A stretch of 52,470 bases of DNA, taken from assembly GCA_964601125.1 (NCBI GenBank), contig CAZRKB010000002.1:1-52470 (forward strand), given 5' to 3'. Positions 36,170-46,691 of the stretch are shown in pieces. The notes beneath the pieces were generated by a model that was not told where the DNA came from, searched no databases, and saw nothing but the letters and a program-made list of their open reading frames with translations. A program made the position numbers and the translations under genes. Origin of the DNA: an uncultured Candidatus Saccharibacteria bacterium. GTDB taxonomy: Bacteria > Patescibacteriota > Minisyncoccia > Phycocordibacterales > WO2-35-19. The first letter of the stretch is position 1; each line of letters opens with the position of its first letter.

Positions 36170-36751
36170 ATGAATCGCAAAACGATTCTTTCCAGCGCCC
36201 TGGCGCTTTTCTTTCTCGTTTTCACCCCGGCAACCATGTCGGCGGCGTACATCACCGGGTCGGTGAACTTTGGTTCTCCGGTCGCCAATGTGATCATTCC
36301 TACGCTCGATACAGCCACTTTCGTAGGTGTGCCAAGCTTCACAGTGGTAACTCCTGGATCAGGTGATCTGGGGGCCTCGATTGGTGCCACGGGAGCGGCG
36401 CTCGCGATCCCCGGAAACGTTCCCATTGCGGGCTTTCTCACTTTTGATGGGTTTACCATTGATGTGAGCTCTTTCTCAGGTGCCACGGTGTGGACGATCA
36501 CGTCTTTGCCGAATGGGACCGATATCGTTGGGCTTGGGTTCAACGGTATCGCAAAAAAGATTGGGTTCGATGACACGCCGGTTATCGGTACCATTTCCGC
36601 GCAGTATTCGAGTGGATACAACTCCACTCGGACTGTAGCCTGGTCGGGCAACGTCGAGTCGGTGGTACCTGAACCGGCGACGCTGGCGATGGTTGGGTTG
36701 GCGCTGATTGGCGCGGGCCTCTACCACCGGCGACGCTGGCAGTTGCAGTAA
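36170..36751 (+). CDS. PEP-CTERM sorting-domain secreted protein (high G+C).
   Basis: Signal peptide MNRKTILSSALALFFLVFTPATMSAA. C-terminus VPEPATLAMVGLALIGAGLYHRRRW (PEP motif, TM, Arg cluster). ggagg lies 4 nt upstream of the ATG. Confidence 0.8.
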   Translation: MNRKTILSSALALFFLVFTPATMSAAYITGSVNFGSPVANVIIPTLDTATFVGVPSFTVVTPGSGDLGASIGATGAALAIPGNVPIAGFLTFDGFTIDVSSFSGATVWTITSLPNGTDIVGLGFNGIAKKIGFDDTPVIGTISAQYSSGYNSTRTVAWSGNVESVVPEPATLAMVGLALIGAGLYHRRRWQLQ

Positions 36752-36770
36752 CGCCTCGTCTGCTTTCCGT

Positions 36771-36805
36771 AAGGGCGGCTCTTCTTGAGCCGCCCTTTCT
36801 TTTTC
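36771..36805 (+). terminator. Rho-independent terminator (aagggcggctc-ttctt-gagccgccctt + tctttttc).
   Basis: 11-bp GC-rich stem followed by a T tract. Confidence 0.75.
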
Positions 36806-36869
36806 TTGCAATCGTAAGAAAATATACTATAATACGGGCGCATTATTAGCTGAGCTATGTTTAAATTTT

Positions 36870-37265
36870 ATGAAAAAAAAATCAAAATCCAAATCAGCAA
36901 AAAAGAGTGGGGGCAAAAGTAAAGCTAGTGCAAAGAATTTTAGTATGAAAAAAGAAAATGTGAAAAGTAACTCAAGAATAATTCCTTTGGGTGACAGAGT
37001 TCTTCTTAAGCCTTTATCTGCAGAAGAAACAAGCACGACTGCTTCCGGAATCATAATCCCAGACACTGTAAGCAAGGAAAAGCCGGAACAGGGCAGAGTA
37101 ATAGCTGTAGGTGAGGGTAAAATGGACAATGGCAAAAGGGTGCCTCTTTCGGTAAAAGTTGGAGATAGGGTGGTATTTTCAAGGTATGGATATGATGAAG
37201 TAAAGCTTGAAGGCGAGGAATATTATATTTTAAAGGAGGATAATATATTGGCAGTTATTAATTAA
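36870..37265 (+). CDS. groES: Co-chaperonin GroES with a possible 25-aa Lys/Ser-rich N-terminal extension (alternative start at 36945).
   Basis: IIPLGDRVLLKP...ASGIIIPDT...GRVIAVGEG...VGDRVVF...ILAVI. Confidence 0.85.
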   Translation: MKKKSKSKSAKKSGGKSKASAKNFSMKKENVKSNSRIIPLGDRVLLKPLSAEETSTTASGIIIPDTVSKEKPEQGRVIAVGEGKMDNGKRVPLSVKVGDRVVFSRYGYDEVKLEGEEYYILKEDNILAVIN

Positions 37266-37328
37266 TTCAAATCTAAAATCTTATATCTCAAATCTGGAAG
37301 ATAGAAAATTTTGAGATTTAAATTTTGA

Positions 37329-38972
<1,644 letters not shown>

Positions 38973-39018
38973 ACCTCACTCCTAGGACAAAATAATAATT
39001 TATCTGTAGAATTAGGGA

Positions 39019-39586
39019 ATGGACATTTTTGCGCATACCCTTTGGACCAATGTGGTTTTCTACAAAAAGATGCGGCTTGAAAAAATCAATAGATTCATAG
39101 CCGTATTTTTTGGTGTTTTGCCCGACTTTGTTTCTTTTGTGCCGATTTTTGTTTATCGGTTTTTTTCGGGTGAAGATTTTTTCGACCTAATTGGGAGGAA
39201 TATTTGGGTTGTTAACTATGCAAGCAACTCTTACAACTATACTCATAGTGTTTTTATTTTTCTCTCTCGCCGTTCTCCTTGTAGCTCTCATTAGATTTTT
39301 TGTACATACATCAAAAACTCACGATCGTGAGAAAGTGGTGTATTCGAGGTTAATATATTGGCCGATGTGGGGTTGGCTCTTGCATATCTTGATAGACATA
39401 CCAACTCATAAAAACTTTTACGAAACACCATTCCTTTTTCCTCTATCCGGCTACCGATTTTCACATGGTATTTCTTGGGGACACCCGACATTTATGATCA
39501 TAAACTATGGAGCTCTTGCGGCCGTGTATCTATTCTGGTTTTTGGTGTTAAGGAAAAAGTGGGCTACCAAGCCAGAGAAAATTTGA
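39019..39586 (+). pseudogene. Membrane-bound metal-dependent hydrolase (YdjM/DUF457-like) split by a +1 frameshift in a T-rich run around 39250-39262.
   Basis: ORF 39019..39294 (MDIFAHTLW...YNYTHS) and ORF 39191..39586 (...WLLHILIDIPTH...) overlap in different frames and together give one family-like protein. Confidence 0.55.
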
Positions 39587-39593
39587 CGAAAAC

Positions 39594-39622
39594 TTGCGTT
39601 TTTAGGCGCCTCATGCTATAAA
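39594..39622 (+). promoter_or_regulatory. Sigma70-like promoter candidate (TTGCGT - 17 nt - TATAAA).
   Basis: Hexamers read directly, about 60 nt upstream of the second PEP-CTERM gene. Confidence 0.35.
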
Positions 39623-39682
39623 GTCCCCGGACTGTCCTTTCGATATCGGAGGATGGTACTAACCAAGTCCAGGAGATTTTGA

Positions 39683-40306
39683 ATGACCAAGAGAACCTTT
39701 TTAGGTTTTTTGTTTGCGCTTTTGCTCGCGATTTTGCCGGCGTCGGCGTCGCCGTTCGTGTTCAATACCGGGGATGGTTCCTCGGCCTGGGGAGGGGATG
39801 CTCAGGTTCCCATCAGTAACATTCAGGCGCCGCCGTGGGCACCCAATGGCACCACTGGAGCGGGGGCCGTCTGGGTTAACCAGGTGGACTCGGGATTCCA
39901 AGGTGGTGGGCCGGCGTTGGGTATGCTTACGATCTATACGTTGAGCATCAATGATGTCATGGCATACCGTGTCCGTGCCCTCGCCGACGACGGCGCCAAA
40001 ATTGAGTTGAGCCTGAACGGTGGCGCCTTTGCTACCTTAGTGAACAGTAGCGGTGCCCCCCAGGGTACCAACTGCAGTTCGCTTCAGCCGTCTTGTCCAG
40101 CGACGATGGTTTGGGACAGTGGGTTGGTGGCTTTGTCCGGAGACGACGTGGTCTTCCGGTTTACAATCAGCCAGGATGTTGCCCGTACGCCCGAGGGGTT
40201 CCAGGCGACGATCTCTGGGGAACAGGTTCCCGAGCCGTCGACGTTGGCTCTCGTGACCATCGGCGCGTTTCTGGTTGGTCTCGGCTGGATCAAGAAAAAG
40301 GCCTGA
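39683..40306 (+). CDS. PEP-CTERM sorting-domain secreted protein (high G+C).
   Basis: Signal peptide FLGFLFALLLAILPASA. C-terminus VPEPSTLALVTIGAFLVGLGWIKKKA. aggag lies 7 nt upstream of the ATG. Confidence 0.8.
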   Translation: MTKRTFLGFLFALLLAILPASASPFVFNTGDGSSAWGGDAQVPISNIQAPPWAPNGTTGAGAVWVNQVDSGFQGGGPALGMLTIYTLSINDVMAYRVRALADDGAKIELSLNGGAFATLVNSSGAPQGTNCSSLQPSCPATMVWDSGLVALSGDDVVFRFTISQDVARTPEGFQATISGEQVPEPSTLALVTIGAFLVGLGWIKKKA

Positions 40307-40328
40307 CCTTCCGGTATTCTCCCTCGTT

Positions 40329-40369
40329 CCGCGGTGCGTTCGCTTTATGCGACCACCGCGGATTTTTTT
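40329..40369 (+). terminator. Rho-independent terminator (ccgcggtg ... caccgcgg + attttttt).
   Basis: GC-rich stem followed by a T7 run. Confidence 0.7.
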
Positions 40370-40427
40370 ATCCAATAGAAATTTTATGCTATAATGTAGT
40401 GCAACGTTAGTCATTAATATCAAAAAC

Positions 40428-40985
40428 ATGGAAATCTCTACAATTTTTCTGATGGTGGTTGTAGCAGCCGTTTTGTGGTTTATCTTTGCCTACAACAGGT
40501 TTGTGTCGCTCTTAAATAGGGCAAAAGAAGCATGGAGCGACATAGAGGTGCAGATGAAAAGAAGGTATGACCTTATTCCAAACCTTGTTAGTACGGTAAA
40601 AGGTTATGCTGAACACGAAAAAGAGACTTTAGATCGAGTGATACAGGCCCGCAATATGGCGATGAATGCGACGACCCCCGCAGAGCACGGCGTGGCAGAA
40701 AACGCTCTTGCCAGCACTTTGAAATCAATTTTCGCTCTTTCTGAAAGCTATCCTGATTTGAAAGCAAACCAAAATTTTCTAGAGCTGCAGAGGGAGTTGT
40801 CTGATACTGAAAATAAAATTCAAGCTGCGCGCAGATTTTACAACACCAACGTTAGAGACCTAAATACATCGATAGAGGTATTTCCAAGCAATTTAGTCGC
40901 TAAAATTTTCAGCTTTTCTAAGATGGAATTTTTTGATCTTGAGGGGCAGGAGGTGGCAAGAGAGCCTGTCAAGGTTGAATTTTAA
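40428..40985 (+). CDS. lemA: LemA family protein.
   Basis: N-terminal TM and YNRFVSLLNRAKEAWSDIEVQMKRRYDLIPNLVSTVKGYAEHEKETL. Confidence 0.85.
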   Translation: MEISTIFLMVVVAAVLWFIFAYNRFVSLLNRAKEAWSDIEVQMKRRYDLIPNLVSTVKGYAEHEKETLDRVIQARNMAMNATTPAEHGVAENALASTLKSIFALSESYPDLKANQNFLELQRELSDTENKIQAARRFYNTNVRDLNTSIEVFPSNLVAKIFSFSKMEFFDLEGQEVAREPVKVEF

Positions 40986-41018
40986 GAGATTATTAATTAT
41001 TTATTTAACTTTTATACT

Positions 41019-41249
41019 ATGCGAAAAGTTACCATATACTCGACACCTACATGTCACTTCTGTCATTTAGCTAAGGAATTTTTTAACGAAAAGGGAATCA
41101 AATACACAGAATACGACGTGCTTGCCGATGTGGCAAAAAGACAGGAGATGATGGATAAAAGCGGTCAGCTCGGTGTGCCAGTCATCGTTATTGATGACAA
41201 AGTGGTAGTCGGCTTTAACCAGCCTCAAGTGGAAGAGCTTTTGAAATAA
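41019..41249 (+). CDS. Glutaredoxin-like protein (CHFC).
   Basis: VTIYSTPTCHFCHLAKEFF...GVPVIVIDDKVVVGF. Confidence 0.8.
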   Translation: MRKVTIYSTPTCHFCHLAKEFFNEKGIKYTEYDVLADVAKRQEMMDKSGQLGVPVIVIDDKVVVGFNQPQVEELLK

Positions 41250-41259
41250 CTCACTCCAA

Positions 41260-41335
41260 CCCCTCTCTTAATTTAAGAGAGGGGAATGACGAGCCTCTGA
41301 ATTTTTTTGTCCGGTTTCCCCCTTAAGGTAAGGGG
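41260..41335. repeat. Two C/G-tract hairpins (cccctctcttaa/ttaagagagggg and ccccctta-agg-taaggggg). Terminator or REP-like.
   Basis: Direct reading. Similar in style to the hairpins flanking the DUF559 cassette. Confidence 0.5.
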
Positions 41336-41378
41336 GATTAAGGGGGTTATGAAAAAGGAATTGTGCTATCATAAATAA

Positions 41379-41624
41379 ATGCAACCTGAAGAAAGAGAAA
41401 TGCTAAAGAAAGCCCTCGAGCTTTCTCGTGAGAACAACAAGATGCTTCGAGACATAAAACGAAGCATGTTTGTTGGGCGTATTTTCCGAATAGTTTACTG
41501 GGTGATAGTTATAGGTGCGGCTATTGGCGCTTACTATTATATACAACCGTACTTAGATAGTGCCATTGGCGCTTACGGCTCTATAAAAGGCGACCTAAAA
41601 AACTTTGGAGATTTGTTTAAATAA
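41379..41624 (+). CDS. Hypothetical small membrane protein.
   Basis: 81 aa, one TM (IFRIVYWVIVIGAAIGAYYYI). Confidence 0.45.
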   Translation: MQPEEREMLKKALELSRENNKMLRDIKRSMFVGRIFRIVYWVIVIGAAIGAYYYIQPYLDSAIGAYGSIKGDLKNFGDLFK

Positions 41625-41658
41625 TGCTATAAAATAGGGGCGCTGAAATGAATATTAA

Positions 41659-41732
41659 GCCGGGGTAGCTCAGTTGGCTAGAGCGCTCCCCTGAAGAGGG
41701 ATAGGTCGCCAGTTCGATTCTGGCCCCCGGCA
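41659..41732 (+). tRNA. tRNA-Phe (anticodon GAA).
   Basis: Acceptor gccgggg/ccccggc, D arm gctc-agttggcta-gagc, anticodon loop ctGAAga, T arm gccag-ttcgatt-ctggc, discriminator a. Confidence 0.85.
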
Positions 41733-41739
41733 CACTTAA

Positions 41740-42840
41740 ATGGCCTTAAAGAGACTTCTGTATAAAAATATTTTCAAACCGATATTTTTTAGGTTAGATC
41801 CGGAGCTTATACATGATACAGTGGTGGCGTTTGGTGGTTTCTTTTCAAAGTTTACTATTTTTCGTGGTTTTATAAAAACCATTTTTGCGTTTGAAGACAG
41901 AGCTCTCTCTCAAAATTTATGGGGTATTGATTTCAAAAATCCAGTCGGTTTAGCCGCCGGTTTTGATAAGGACGGCAAACTTTTTCCTTTGATCGGGAGT
42001 GTCGGTTTTGGTTTTGCTACTATCGGCACGGTTACCAAGGGCGCTTATGAAGGTAATCCAAAACCCAGGCTTCATCGTTTACCAAAGTCAAAAAGTCTGG
42101 TTGTTAATTATGGGTTAAAAAGTATGGGGGCTCAAAAGGTTGCTGATATTTTAGAGAGCCAGGGAAGGAGAGATGTGCCAAAAGTGATATCGGTTGGCAG
42201 GACTAATTCTAAAGAGACAGCTTCTCTTGAAGATGGGGTTTTAGATTACATTAACTGTGCCAAAGAATTTAATTCGAGAAAGTTGGGTGATATTTTCGAA
42301 ATAAACATATCATGCCCAAATGTTTTTGGTGGCGAGCCGTTTACCCATAGAGAGAGCTTGGAGAGGTTACTCTCAAAGTTTTTAGAATTGAAGATAGAAA
42401 AACCTATATTTTTAAAAATGCCAATAAACCTACCTTGGGAAGAATTTAAAAATCTTGTAGATGTTGCTTTGAAATTTGGCGTCAAGGCTCTTGTTATAGG
42501 CAATCTAAATAAAGACAGAAGCTTTCTATCTGGGGTTGTATCGGATGATTTGAGAGGCAATATGAGTGGTAAACCGACCGCAAAGTTGGCGAACGAGCTT
42601 ATATCTAAGACCTATTTGTATTGCGGTGAGAAATTAAAAATAATAGGAGTCGGTGGAATTTTTAGCGCAGAGGATGCATACGAGAAAATTAAAAGAGGGG
42701 CTTCACTGGTCGAACTTATAACCGGCATGATTTACGAAGGGCCACAGCTTGCGGGGGAAATAAATAGGGGATTAGCAAAAATGCTAAAACGCGATGGTTT
42801 TAAAAATATAAAGGAAGCAATTGGGACATTTAAGAGCTAA
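41740..42840 (+). CDS. pyrD: Dihydroorotate dehydrogenase. Class-2-like architecture, but with Cys in the NISCPN active-site loop.
   Basis: FRLDPELIHD N-terminal extension, GLAAGFDKDG, GNPKPRLHRLP, EINISCPN, and GVGGIFSAEDAYEKIKRGASLVEL. Confidence 0.8.
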   Translation: MALKRLLYKNIFKPIFFRLDPELIHDTVVAFGGFFSKFTIFRGFIKTIFAFEDRALSQNLWGIDFKNPVGLAAGFDKDGKLFPLIGSVGFGFATIGTVTKGAYEGNPKPRLHRLPKSKSLVVNYGLKSMGAQKVADILESQGRRDVPKVISVGRTNSKETASLEDGVLDYINCAKEFNSRKLGDIFEINISCPNVFGGEPFTHRESLERLLSKFLELKIEKPIFLKMPINLPWEEFKNLVDVALKFGVKALVIGNLNKDRSFLSGVVSDDLRGNMSGKPTAKLANELISKTYLYCGEKLKIIGVGGIFSAEDAYEKIKRGASLVELITGMIYEGPQLAGEINRGLAKMLKRDGFKNIKEAIGTFKS

Positions 42841-43289
42841 TTCCCTCTAACTTTTAGTTTGGTGGAGCGGTTTTTGTCGAGTTTGGGTAGCTTTATGATT
42901 AGAAGGCCGTGTTTTTCGACAGCTTCAGCCGAATCCACGTCGATTTCTTGTGGTAGAACGATGGTACGAGAAAAAGTGCCCCAATAAAGTTCTTTGTGGA
43001 AATAGTCATCATCGGCTATGGTCCTCTCGCTCTCTCTTTTACCTTTGAGTGTGACCATGTCCCTGGAGATGGAAACATCTAAATCTTCAGGTCTGACGCC
43101 CGCCACCATTGCTTTTATTACTATTTCGTTTGTGTTTTGATATACATCAACCGATAGCTCACCTTCTTCGGGGAGCGCGTTGTCCATCCAAGTATTTTTC
43201 GAAATTTCTTCCTCTATCTCTTCCAATTCTCTTGGTATCGGAAGAGAGCCTGTAAGTCTCTCAAAAAAAGATCTTTTTTCTTTTGACAT
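42837..43289 (-). CDS. Hsp20/alpha-crystallin family small heat-shock protein.
   Basis: VDVYQNTNEIVIKAMVAGV...GTFSRTIVLPQEIDVDSAEAVEKHGLLIIKLPK. Confidence 0.85.
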   Translation of the reverse strand: MSKEKRSFFERLTGSLPIPRELEEIEEEISKNTWMDNALPEEGELSVDVYQNTNEIVIKAMVAGVRPEDLDVSISRDMVTLKGKRESERTIADDDYFHKELYWGTFSRTIVLPQEIDVDSAEAVEKHGLLIIKLPKLDKNRSTKLKVRGN

Positions 43290-43293
43290 AATT

Positions 43294-43992
43294 TTATGCG
43301 CGAGGCGCTCGAATGCTTTTAACTTTTTCTATGAGTACAATGAGTACTATTATCAAAACCCAAACTCCTGAGAAAACCAGAAACGTACCACCACTCAGCT
43401 TAATTATAAGCAAATTAAAAATGGTGTGCAATACGATACTTGCACATAATCCTGTGAACAAGAATATTTTTTTAACCAAAGATTTTTTATAGAAGGAAAA
43501 ACCCATTAATACTCCTATTGATGCCGAAGATGCTATGTGTAGTAAGGTCGCTCCTATAAATCTTGAATTTCCAGTGATAAGGCTCTCGCTAAACAGTCCG
43601 GTGTTGATCAAGTTTGAAAGGAATAAAGCATTTTCAAGAGCAGAGAAGCCCAAAGCTGCGGTGATCATGTAAATAATCGCGTCTATAGGCTCGTCGGTTT
43701 CCTTGCCTCTAAGTGCCCCAAAGAATGCAGCCAAATATTTAAAAATTTCTTCGATTGATGCCCATAAAATAATAGTGGTAATGGAAATCCCGCCGAGCAT
43801 GATATTGTAAACAAATTTTTCAAGAGGTAAAACCAAAAACACTGATGCCATACCAAGTAGAAATACCAGCATTATTTTTGTTTTTGGTTCCGGGTGTAGA
43901 CCGTCCTCTTTAAGCCAAAACCAAAGCCATATCAAAGAAGGGATTACCCCGCCCAAGAGAGATAAAAACACTGTATTTGCAACTGGCGACAT
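43294..43992 (-). CDS. prsW: PrsW-family intramembrane protease.
   Basis: EEIFKYLAA, multiple TM, FSALEN and HTIFN motifs. Confidence 0.7.
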   Translation of the reverse strand: MSPVANTVFLSLLGGVIPSLIWLWFWLKEDGLHPEPKTKIMLVFLLGMASVFLVLPLEKFVYNIMLGGISITTIILWASIEEIFKYLAAFFGALRGKETDEPIDAIIYMITAALGFSALENALFLSNLINTGLFSESLITGNSRFIGATLLHIASSASIGVLMGFSFYKKSLVKKIFLFTGLCASIVLHTIFNLLIIKLSGGTFLVFSGVWVLIIVLIVLIEKVKSIRAPRA

Positions 43993-44001
43993 TAATGATT
44001 A

Positions 44002-46401
44002 TTAATTTATTATCTTAGGCCAAGGCTCTACGATCAGCATGTTTTTGCGGTGGGGAAGCAGGGACCAAATTTTTTCTGTTACGAACGGCATAAACGGGTG
44101 CAGTATTTTGAGTTGATTTTCGAGTAGGTATCTAAGTAAAAGTTTTGCTGATTGGCTGTCATTGTTTTCTTTAATTCTTTTTTTTACCTCTTCTATTATA
44201 ACATCAGCAAAGGTGTGCCAGAAATAAGCGTATATTTTTTCTGCAGCCAAGTAAAATTTGTAATTTTCCATATCTTTGGTAATGTCTGACATCAAATTAT
44301 TAAATTCAGTAATGGTTTCTTGGTCGGTTTGAGAAAGATCTTTTGTTTCAAAATCTTTTTCCCAAACTTCAACTGTATTTTCTAAAACAAATCGCGAAGC
44401 GTTCCATATTTTGTTGGCAAAATGCTTATAGGCTTTCAGTTTTTCTTCCGACATCCGGCTATCGTTTCCGGGGGCGGTGCCAATTGTGAGAGACATACGT
44501 ACGGCATCTGCGCCAAATTTATCAGCCATTTCTACTGGGTCTATGTTATTGCCAAGAGATTTTGAAATCTTTCTACCTTGTGCGTCGCGTACAAGGCCAT
44601 GTAAATAAACTGTTTTAAATGGTATTTCTCCTAGATGAAATTGACTCATGAGTACCATGCGGGCTACCCAAAAAAACAATATATCGTAGCCAGTCTCTAA
44701 TATTGTTGTTGGATGAAAAGTTTTTAGATCAGAAGTTTCCTCTGGCCATCCCAAAGTTGAAAACGTCCAAAGCGCGCTTGAAAACCACGTATCCAAAACA
44801 TCTTCATCTTGCACCCAGCCATATTTTTCTGGTGGTTCAAATCCACAGTGGATCTTTTCTTCAGAATATGTTGGTTGTGGAATTTTATTTTTTTTGATCC
44901 AACTATCATCTATAAATCCAAAATCTTTAAGAATGGTTATGAGGGTTGCTCCAATTTGTATATTTTCACTCCCCGTTATCGCATAATCAGGAAGTTCTTG
45001 CCAGTCACTGCTTTTTATTCTAAATTTGTCATTAGATAAACCAATTTTTTCAAAAAAGGTCTTTTGTTTGAAGTGTATGGCTTGATGGGGGCCACCTAGT
45101 TCTCTCTTGTACCAAATCGGGATACGATGTCCGAACCATATTTGGCGAGAAATGCACCATGGGCGCAGGTTATTTATCCAATTATAGTATACTCGTTCAA
45201 ATCGCTCCGGTAGGATTTTGATCTCTCCTTTTTCCACTGGCTCACGCATCAGCTCCTTTAGGGTTTTTCCACCTCTATTTTTAACTGGTTTATTAACATC
45301 TACAAACCACTGTAATTTTGGTAATGGTTCAATAACCCCATTAGTTCTCTCTGCCACGGAAAGGTTTTGTTTTATTTTTTCTTCTTTGACTAGTAGATTA
45401 TTGTTTTTTATCCATTCCGCAACTTTATCCCTGGCTTCTGTTGTTTTTAGACCAGAAAGTGTAGGGCCGGCTAAATCTGTCATTCTGGCTTTTTCGTTTA
45501 TAACCTGGATTTTGGGTAAATTATTTATTTCAGCTATGTCCCAGTCTGTGTGGCTGTGTGCCGGTGTAACACCGAGTGCTCCAGTCCCAAAATCTTTATC
45601 TACATTTTTGTCGGCCACTACTTTTATCTTGAGTTTAACCCCAACAAATTCTCCTTCAAATTCTTTACCAACAAAATCCTTATAACGAGAATCTTCTGGG
45701 TGCACAGCTACGGCAGTGTCGCCAACCTTTGTTTCGGGGCGGGTGGTTGAAATCTCAATAGGAAAATCCTTCCAGTATTTAAAGGTATACAGTGTCGCCT
45801 CTCTTTCCTCGTGAACTATTTCATCATCAGAAATCACAGTCTGACCTTTTGGGTCCCAATTTACAATTCTGTTGGAACGATAAATAAGCCCAGCTTCGTA
45901 CATTCTTATAAAAGCAGTAAGAACCGCTTTATACCTTTTTTCATCCATAGTGTAGGCATACCTGCTCCAATCAATTGAAGCCCCAAGAACCCTTATTTGG
46001 TTTAAAATTGTTGTTTTGCTTTCTTCTACGAAGTTATCAATTCTATTTAATAATTCTTCTCTTCCAAGATTGTATCGGCTTTTACCTTCTTTTTTTTGAA
46101 TTTCTTTTTCTACTTTCGCTTGGGTAGCGATTGCCGCTGAGTCTGTACCGGGCAACCAAAGAGTTTTTTTGCCTTGCATACGAGCGTAGCGTACCAAGGT
46201 ATCTTCAACTGCCAGCATGAGTGCACTACCCATATGTAAAGTTCCAGTCACATTTGGAGGGGGGAGTACAATGGTAAAAGTCTCTTCTCTTTTGCCGGGT
46301 AAATTGTCAGGGTTGAAAAAACCAGACTCTTCCCATCTTTTGTAAATGGTGGGTTCGGTTGAGTTTGGGTTATAGGGCTTCTTTAGTTCTTCATGCATCA
46401 T
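44002..46401 (-). CDS. valS: Valine--tRNA ligase. It lacks a long C-terminal coiled coil and carries an insertion of about 90 aa before DEDVLDTWFSS.
   Basis: PPPNVTGTLHMGSAL (HIGH region), WCISRQIWFGHRIP, DVLDTWFSS and KISKSLGN (KMSKS). Confidence 0.9.
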   Translation of the reverse strand: MMHEELKKPYNPNSTEPTIYKRWEESGFFNPDNLPGKREETFTIVLPPPNVTGTLHMGSALMLAVEDTLVRYARMQGKKTLWLPGTDSAAIATQAKVEKEIQKKEGKSRYNLGREELLNRIDNFVEESKTTILNQIRVLGASIDWSRYAYTMDEKRYKAVLTAFIRMYEAGLIYRSNRIVNWDPKGQTVISDDEIVHEEREATLYTFKYWKDFPIEISTTRPETKVGDTAVAVHPEDSRYKDFVGKEFEGEFVGVKLKIKVVADKNVDKDFGTGALGVTPAHSHTDWDIAEINNLPKIQVINEKARMTDLAGPTLSGLKTTEARDKVAEWIKNNNLLVKEEKIKQNLSVAERTNGVIEPLPKLQWFVDVNKPVKNRGGKTLKELMREPVEKGEIKILPERFERVYYNWINNLRPWCISRQIWFGHRIPIWYKRELGGPHQAIHFKQKTFFEKIGLSNDKFRIKSSDWQELPDYAITGSENIQIGATLITILKDFGFIDDSWIKKNKIPQPTYSEEKIHCGFEPPEKYGWVQDEDVLDTWFSSALWTFSTLGWPEETSDLKTFHPTTILETGYDILFFWVARMVLMSQFHLGEIPFKTVYLHGLVRDAQGRKISKSLGNNIDPVEMADKFGADAVRMSLTIGTAPGNDSRMSEEKLKAYKHFANKIWNASRFVLENTVEVWEKDFETKDLSQTDQETITEFNNLMSDITKDMENYKFYLAAEKIYAYFWHTFADVIIEEVKKRIKENNDSQSAKLLLRYLLENQLKILHPFMPFVTEKIWSLLPHRKNMLIVEPWPKIIN

Positions 46402-46465
46402 TCTAATAATACATTAAGATGAGATTTATCAAAATTGGCGACAATCTGGTCTAAAGCACCGATTC

Positions 46466-46570
46466 TATAAAAGACAACATCGGTCAGCCTAGATGTCTTT
46501 TATAATTTAAGCTAATTAAAAAAGAGATTTTATGACACCATAAAAGACATTTATTCTAATATAAAAGACA
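46466..46570. promoter_or_regulatory. Four copies of a (T)ATAAAAGACA motif. The first two form an inverted pair (46466-46476 / 46494-46504). The others are direct at 46540-46549 and 46561-46570.
   Basis: Direct reading of the valS / giant-protein divergent intergenic region. Confidence 0.5.
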
Positions 46571-46691
46571 TATTTAACAAATGGCTGTAAATAAGGTTTT
46601 TTTCAAAATCCCTCTCTCTCCTTTCCATTGACATTTTCTTAAATTGATGTAGTCTCATTTTAAATGCGGTGATGATTTGGATATCGTTTTT

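Noticed and set aside
36052-36811. Minus-strand ORFs 36052..36651 and 36476..36811, and similarly 40037..40429 and 40084..40293.
   Set aside because: They are antisense to well-supported PEP-CTERM genes. Long spurious ORFs are expected in high-GC DNA.
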